Part shown: positions 60,161 through 64,000 of the stretch, piece after piece | Layout of the letters: each line of letters begins with the position of its first letter | Position numbering within the stretch: the first letter of the stretch is position 1 | Source of the DNA: a virus | Length of the DNA stretch: 64,000 nt | Direction: 5' to 3' (one strand) | IMG/VR virus record: IMGVR_UViG_3300032313_001035 | The notes under the pieces: generated by a model | Told to the model about the DNA's origin: nothing | The model's input: only the letters and a program-made list of their open reading frames with translations | Database searches by the model: none | Made by a program: the position numbers and the translations under genes

Positions 60161-62341
60161 ATGAAATTCGATAAATTGTATGAATTAGCATTAGAAGCAG
60201 CGAAAAATTTTGGAAGTCCAAAAAATATCGGCGGCGGTAGACTACAAGGTGTTAAACAATCCACTGCACCATCGGGATTTGTATCTAGTTCCGTAGGTAA
60301 GTCTGATAATTTTCAAGAAAGAGTGCCAATTGATCAAAAAAATAAAAAAGGTTACGATCCACGTGCATCGACTAAACAGAAAAGACAAGGTATCGAAGTC
60401 ACTGATGATATTACTGGCGAAACTATTGCTCGTAAAAAAACTGATTTTGAAAAAGGAAGCGTATTTGCTTTAGAAGGTCAAAAGAGTCAAGCTCTCTTCA
60501 ATGCATTCGCATTGCTGCACAATTATTCAGGATTCCAAGCGGAAATGAATGAGATTATTAATGATCTCAGTAATGCTCAAACAATCAATCAAAAAGACGA
60601 AAAAGATTTAAAAAATCTTCGATTCAACATTACTCAGAAGCAAGGTAAAGCAGAAATGCTGAGAGATAAAATTGCAACATATCAAAAAGTTATTGATAGT
60701 TATAACGAACCAGAAGAGGTGAAAGTAAAAACTTCTGAAGATCTGGCAGATTTTGAATCGTTATATGATACCAATTTTAAAAATCTTAAAAAAATCAAGG
60801 GTGGATCAAAATTGGTAAATTTCCTCAATACGTTGGAAAATTTAAAAATGCAGAAGTTATCTATTTTGAAAAACTTCACATCGAAGACATCACAATATGA
60901 AGTAGAAAAAGTTACTGCTAATATCAATCGGTTGGAAAATGATATAAATGAATATCTAGCTTCAAATCCGCAATATAAAAATTATTATGATAAATTTATA
61001 TCATATTCTGATCAGATAGAAGAACTGTCTGTAAAACATGCACATCATAAATTAAAACCCAGTGATATATATGGCGTAGAAAATAAAAGTTATGGTATTC
61101 AAAATATTCTAGACAAGAGTATTGAAAAATTGAAACAATTGGAAGGTGATCCAGACAGCGAAGATGAAGATGAAGTCAAAGGTTCTATACAAAAAGATAA
61201 AGATGCTTTAGCTGCGCTTGAGCGATATACTTCTCGCGTCACTGCCTTCAACGAAAAATTGAATGATAAATGCGTTGAAAAATTTAAAAATTTAGTAGTT
61301 GATAGTGCTAAAAATATTTTAAAATCTAAATTTGAAAATGCAGACATTGCTATTGTAGATAACAATGAAATTGATTGGACATCTACCTTACCTACCAGAG
61401 AAGACATGTATAATATATTGGTTAAGTTGTCGATGAATGATAACAACAATCCAATTTTTAGATTTGTTGATTCTATCGATAATTGGTATTACGATCAAAG
61501 AACTGATACCGAAACCAGAGGCGCAATGCGTTATGATATCAACAGAGCTATGAGTGATAATGAAAATATCACCGTAATGAGAGATAAAGAAAGTTTACCG
61601 TTTTTTAGAATAGTTAATTATTACAAAGCAGTCAAAATCGGCACTATGCCTATTAGTGATGCTATTATGAATGATAATTTTAGAAAAGCTTATCGCCTTT
61701 TCTATACTATTTGTAATGTTGATGGTGATCAGTCGGCAAGATGGAATAATGGTGCTATTAAATTAAAACTCAAAACGTTGCTGAGTATTGATAGTGGATT
61801 AAATGTTGATACTAAATCCGCTTTGAGCATGGGAGAAGCTATCAAAGATCATCGACGTATTGCGTATGAAAAATATATCGATAGTCCATATGATAAAAGA
61901 GGTATCGGTTCGTTTAAAAAGTTGTTATCTATGGTTGATGCGGATCTAAGATCTGATTATCCAAGACAATTCCAAGCCATGCGTCCTAAAATTATTGGGA
62001 AGACTGTTACTGAATCGTTCGATCAAGCTGCGAACAAAATCGCATCATCCCTTATTGATTTTGACGTAAATGATTTTGTAATTGATTTACAAGAAGTTAA
62101 AACTCTATTGGAAAAGAAATGCACGGGACCAACCAAAAAGGCATCTAGCGACCGTAAAGGCAAAAAATGGACTAAATGTGCAAGACAACCAGACGGATCG
62201 TATAAACGCATACATTGGGGTCAAGCAGGTGTTAGAGTTGGCAAGAACAATCCTAAACGGAGAAAGAGTTTCCGCGCAAGACACAAGTGTTCAAGTGCTA
62301 AAGCAGGTACACCCAAAGCAGCCGCTTGTAATGATTGGTGA
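60161..62341 (+). CDS. Large late coiled-coil protein with basic Cys-rich C-terminal domain
   Basis: MKFDKLYELALEA start; C-terminal KRIHWG..G.....NPKRRKSFRARHKC.......AC..W. Confidence 0.65.
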   Translation: MKFDKLYELALEAAKNFGSPKNIGGGRLQGVKQSTAPSGFVSSSVGKSDNFQERVPIDQKNKKGYDPRASTKQKRQGIEVTDDITGETIARKKTDFEKGSVFALEGQKSQALFNAFALLHNYSGFQAEMNEIINDLSNAQTINQKDEKDLKNLRFNITQKQGKAEMLRDKIATYQKVIDSYNEPEEVKVKTSEDLADFESLYDTNFKNLKKIKGGSKLVNFLNTLENLKMQKLSILKNFTSKTSQYEVEKVTANINRLENDINEYLASNPQYKNYYDKFISYSDQIEELSVKHAHHKLKPSDIYGVENKSYGIQNILDKSIEKLKQLEGDPDSEDEDEVKGSIQKDKDALAALERYTSRVTAFNEKLNDKCVEKFKNLVVDSAKNILKSKFENADIAIVDNNEIDWTSTLPTREDMYNILVKLSMNDNNNPIFRFVDSIDNWYYDQRTDTETRGAMRYDINRAMSDNENITVMRDKESLPFFRIVNYYKAVKIGTMPISDAIMNDNFRKAYRLFYTICNVDGDQSARWNNGAIKLKLKTLLSIDSGLNVDTKSALSMGEAIKDHRRIAYEKYIDSPYDKRGIGSFKKLLSMVDADLRSDYPRQFQAMRPKIIGKTVTESFDQAANKIASSLIDFDVNDFVIDLQEVKTLLEKKCTGPTKKASSDRKGKKWTKCARQPDGSYKRIHWGQAGVRVGKNNPKRRKSFRARHKCSSAKAGTPKAAACNDW

Positions 62342-62871
62342 TATTTAAAAATATTCTCATGAATTATATATCAGAAGAAACTGCCGCGAAAGCTGTCATC
62401 AAGAAAGGTGAAGAAATAGCCAAGCAAGGCGAGTTTCTCAACTGCGAGTTTTTCTGCAACAAGATGATTGGGGGTAAAGGTTTCAAAGAAGAATTTTCAA
62501 AAATAGACTCCGATATTACGACCGTCAGTCAGGCTGCTTCCATTCTAAAGGCAGGAGACGTATTGGCTTTCGGAGGCGGTGAAGATACTCCTCCGAGACA
62601 TTATGCGGTGTATGTTGGCGGAAATTCTGTTTATGAAGTAGATCAATGGGGCTCAAGACCCCGTGAATTCTCACTTTCCGAAAACCTCAATGAGTATGGA
62701 GTCATCAGTGCAGTCTATCGGAGTCGTGGTACCCAATACCAAGTAGATACGGAGTATGCTTCAGAAGCCCCAAGAACAACAATCAAAGAAAACACCAACC
62801 GTATTCTCACAAACTTCAATCAATTGTTCGAGAGAGTGATTTGGTTGAATGATGATTTATCCATTAAATAA
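62335..62871 (+). CDS. NlpC/P60-like (papain-fold) hydrolase
   Basis: LNCEFFC (Cys), L.AGDVLAF, HYAVYVG (His); ATG start possibly 62359. Confidence 0.6.
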   Translation: MVIFKNILMNYISEETAAKAVIKKGEEIAKQGEFLNCEFFCNKMIGGKGFKEEFSKIDSDITTVSQAASILKAGDVLAFGGGEDTPPRHYAVYVGGNSVYEVDQWGSRPREFSLSENLNEYGVISAVYRSRGTQYQVDTEYASEAPRTTIKENTNRILTNFNQLFERVIWLNDDLSIK

Positions 62872-62875
62872 TTAA

Positions 62876-64000
62876 GTGGATACTAATCAAATATTAATAG
62901 AATTACTTGGACATCTTAAAAAAGCTGACGAAGCGAGAGGTGTCCAAGCCGAATCTTTATCTGATAAAAATATCACCAATAACAAACCCGATAATTCAGG
63001 AGTGGAATCATCACAGGGTAAAAGAAAATTAGGTACTATTGCTGAGATTTTCGCTGAAAAATTTTTTCAAGTTCAAAAAAAATATACAAAAGACACTGCA
63101 CTCAAAACATCAGTACAAAAAATAACACCTAAAGCAATTTCAGAGAAAAAAACACAATTTGGCGAAAATCTTGGATTAAAAAAAGATAAAAAACCAGGGT
63201 TTTTCACAAGTACAATTCCAACGTTATTCGGTAGTTTATTCAGTGGCGGTTTTTTGAAAACAAAATTGAAAATACTGATAAAAGTATTAAATAAAATACT
63301 AAACACCACAATTTCTAAATTTTTTAAAGTCATCACTGGGATTTTTGGCAAAGGTTTTACGGATAGCCTAAAAACTATGAAAAAAACAGGATTGGCTAAA
63401 ATAAGTAATATATTTAAAGGTGGTAGCCTTATGGCAAGAATGGTAAATTTTTTAAAACCTGCTGTTGGATTTTTAAAAAAATTGCCTCTAATAGGTAGTA
63501 TCATATCAATAGGATTTGCTATTTCTAGATTCATGAAAGGTGATATAGTGGGTGGTGTTATCGATACATTGAGTGCATTAAGTGCATTGTTATACCCTGT
63601 AGCTCCTCCTGTTGCTATAGGATTGTCTATTGGTTTAGATGTGCTTAATGCTGTATTAGACTCTAAACAAGCTTCTCCTGAAAATGCTGGTAAAGGAAAA
63701 GGCGCTATATTATTGGATATGACCAAATCTTTAGGCAACTGGTTATGGAAACATGCTTACCATATACCTTTTTTAGGTGGTATTAAAAGATTTATAGATG
63801 CCAAAGAATCATTTGATTCTGGAGATTACCTAAACGGTTTTTTAAAATTAGGAATGGGTCTTATAGCATTGACAGGATTCGCTCCTATTGCTACGGGAAT
63901 TGAGATGGTTATGGGACTATTTAGTGGTAAATCTGATGAAAATAAAGATTTAAAACCAAATAAGAATTGGATGTCTTCTATTAGAGAGTGGATAATTAAA
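62876..64000 (+). CDS. Tape-measure/baseplate-hub-like protein (gp29-like), runs off window end; absent from ORF track
   Basis: TAAATA 62865-62870, GTG 62876; open frame MDTNQILIELLGHL...LKKLPLIGSIISIGFAISRFMKGDIVGG...; Gly/hydrophobic helices. Confidence 0.65.
   Translation, partial: MDTNQILIELLGHLKKADEARGVQAESLSDKNITNNKPDNSGVESSQGKRKLGTIAEIFAEKFFQVQKKYTKDTALKTSVQKITPKAISEKKTQFGENLGLKKDKKPGFFTSTIPTLFGSLFSGGFLKTKLKILIKVLNKILNTTISKFFKVITGIFGKGFTDSLKTMKKTGLAKISNIFKGGSLMARMVNFLKPAVGFLKKLPLIGSIISIGFAISRFMKGDIVGGVIDTLSALSALLYPVAPPVAIGLSIGLDVLNAVLDSKQASPENAGKGKGAILLDMTKSLGNWLWKHAYHIPFLGGIKRFIDAKESFDSGDYLNGFLKLGMGLIALTGFAPIATGIEMVMGLFSGKSDENKDLKPNKNWMSSIREWIIK

Noticed and set aside
511-61449. Numerous 60-160 aa ORFs nested in or antisense to long genes (e.g. 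511-819, 1507-1926, 11882-12265, 19240-19704, 51066-51521, 58415-58690)
   Set aside because: Fully overlap well-supported genes and show no motifs or promoter signature
63073-63738. 221-aa minus-strand ORF
   Set aside because: Antisense shadow of the plus-strand ORF starting at 62876, which has a late promoter
1-64000. Stop-codon reassignment, inteins or group I introns
   Set aside because: Core genes (gp43, gp41, gp17, gp18, gp46) are intact and of ordinary length in the standard code, with high coding density

Overview
AT-rich, gene-dense 64-kb segment of a large T4-like (myovirus) phage genome, probably an uncultured aquatic lineage. All calls come from motif recognition by eye; no database search was run. 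Replication and recombination genes: gp47 (partial), gp46, family B DNA polymerase gp43, UvsX, helicase gp41, SSB gp32, clamp gp45, primase gp61, clamp loader gp44 and a beta-class DNA methyltransferase. Virion genes: baseplate gp6/gp25, fibres, neck gp14, terminase gp17, sheath gp18, three tube-fold genes and a truncated tape-measure-like gene. Main findings: (1) about 31 genes have TAAATA/TAAGTA 5-7 nt before the start codon and no Shine-Dalgarno, implying near genome-wide leaderless late transcription; sigma70-like promoters are placed the same way. (2) A dispersed glycan/sulfate toolkit (RmlA, an NRS/ER-type rhamnose synthase, three glycosyltransferases, a sulfotransferase) occurs with a 43 x 17-aa repeat fibre and an apparent L-S-A enrichment in outer virion proteins, a candidate virion- or DNA-decoration system. 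(3) About 14 unrelated late proteins share a capsid-targeting-like N-terminus, including a Ser/Thr kinase and basic histone-like proteins. (4) A pseudoknotted RNA candidate lies at 8996-9078. No tRNA, rRNA, CRISPR array, intein or mobile element was recognised.
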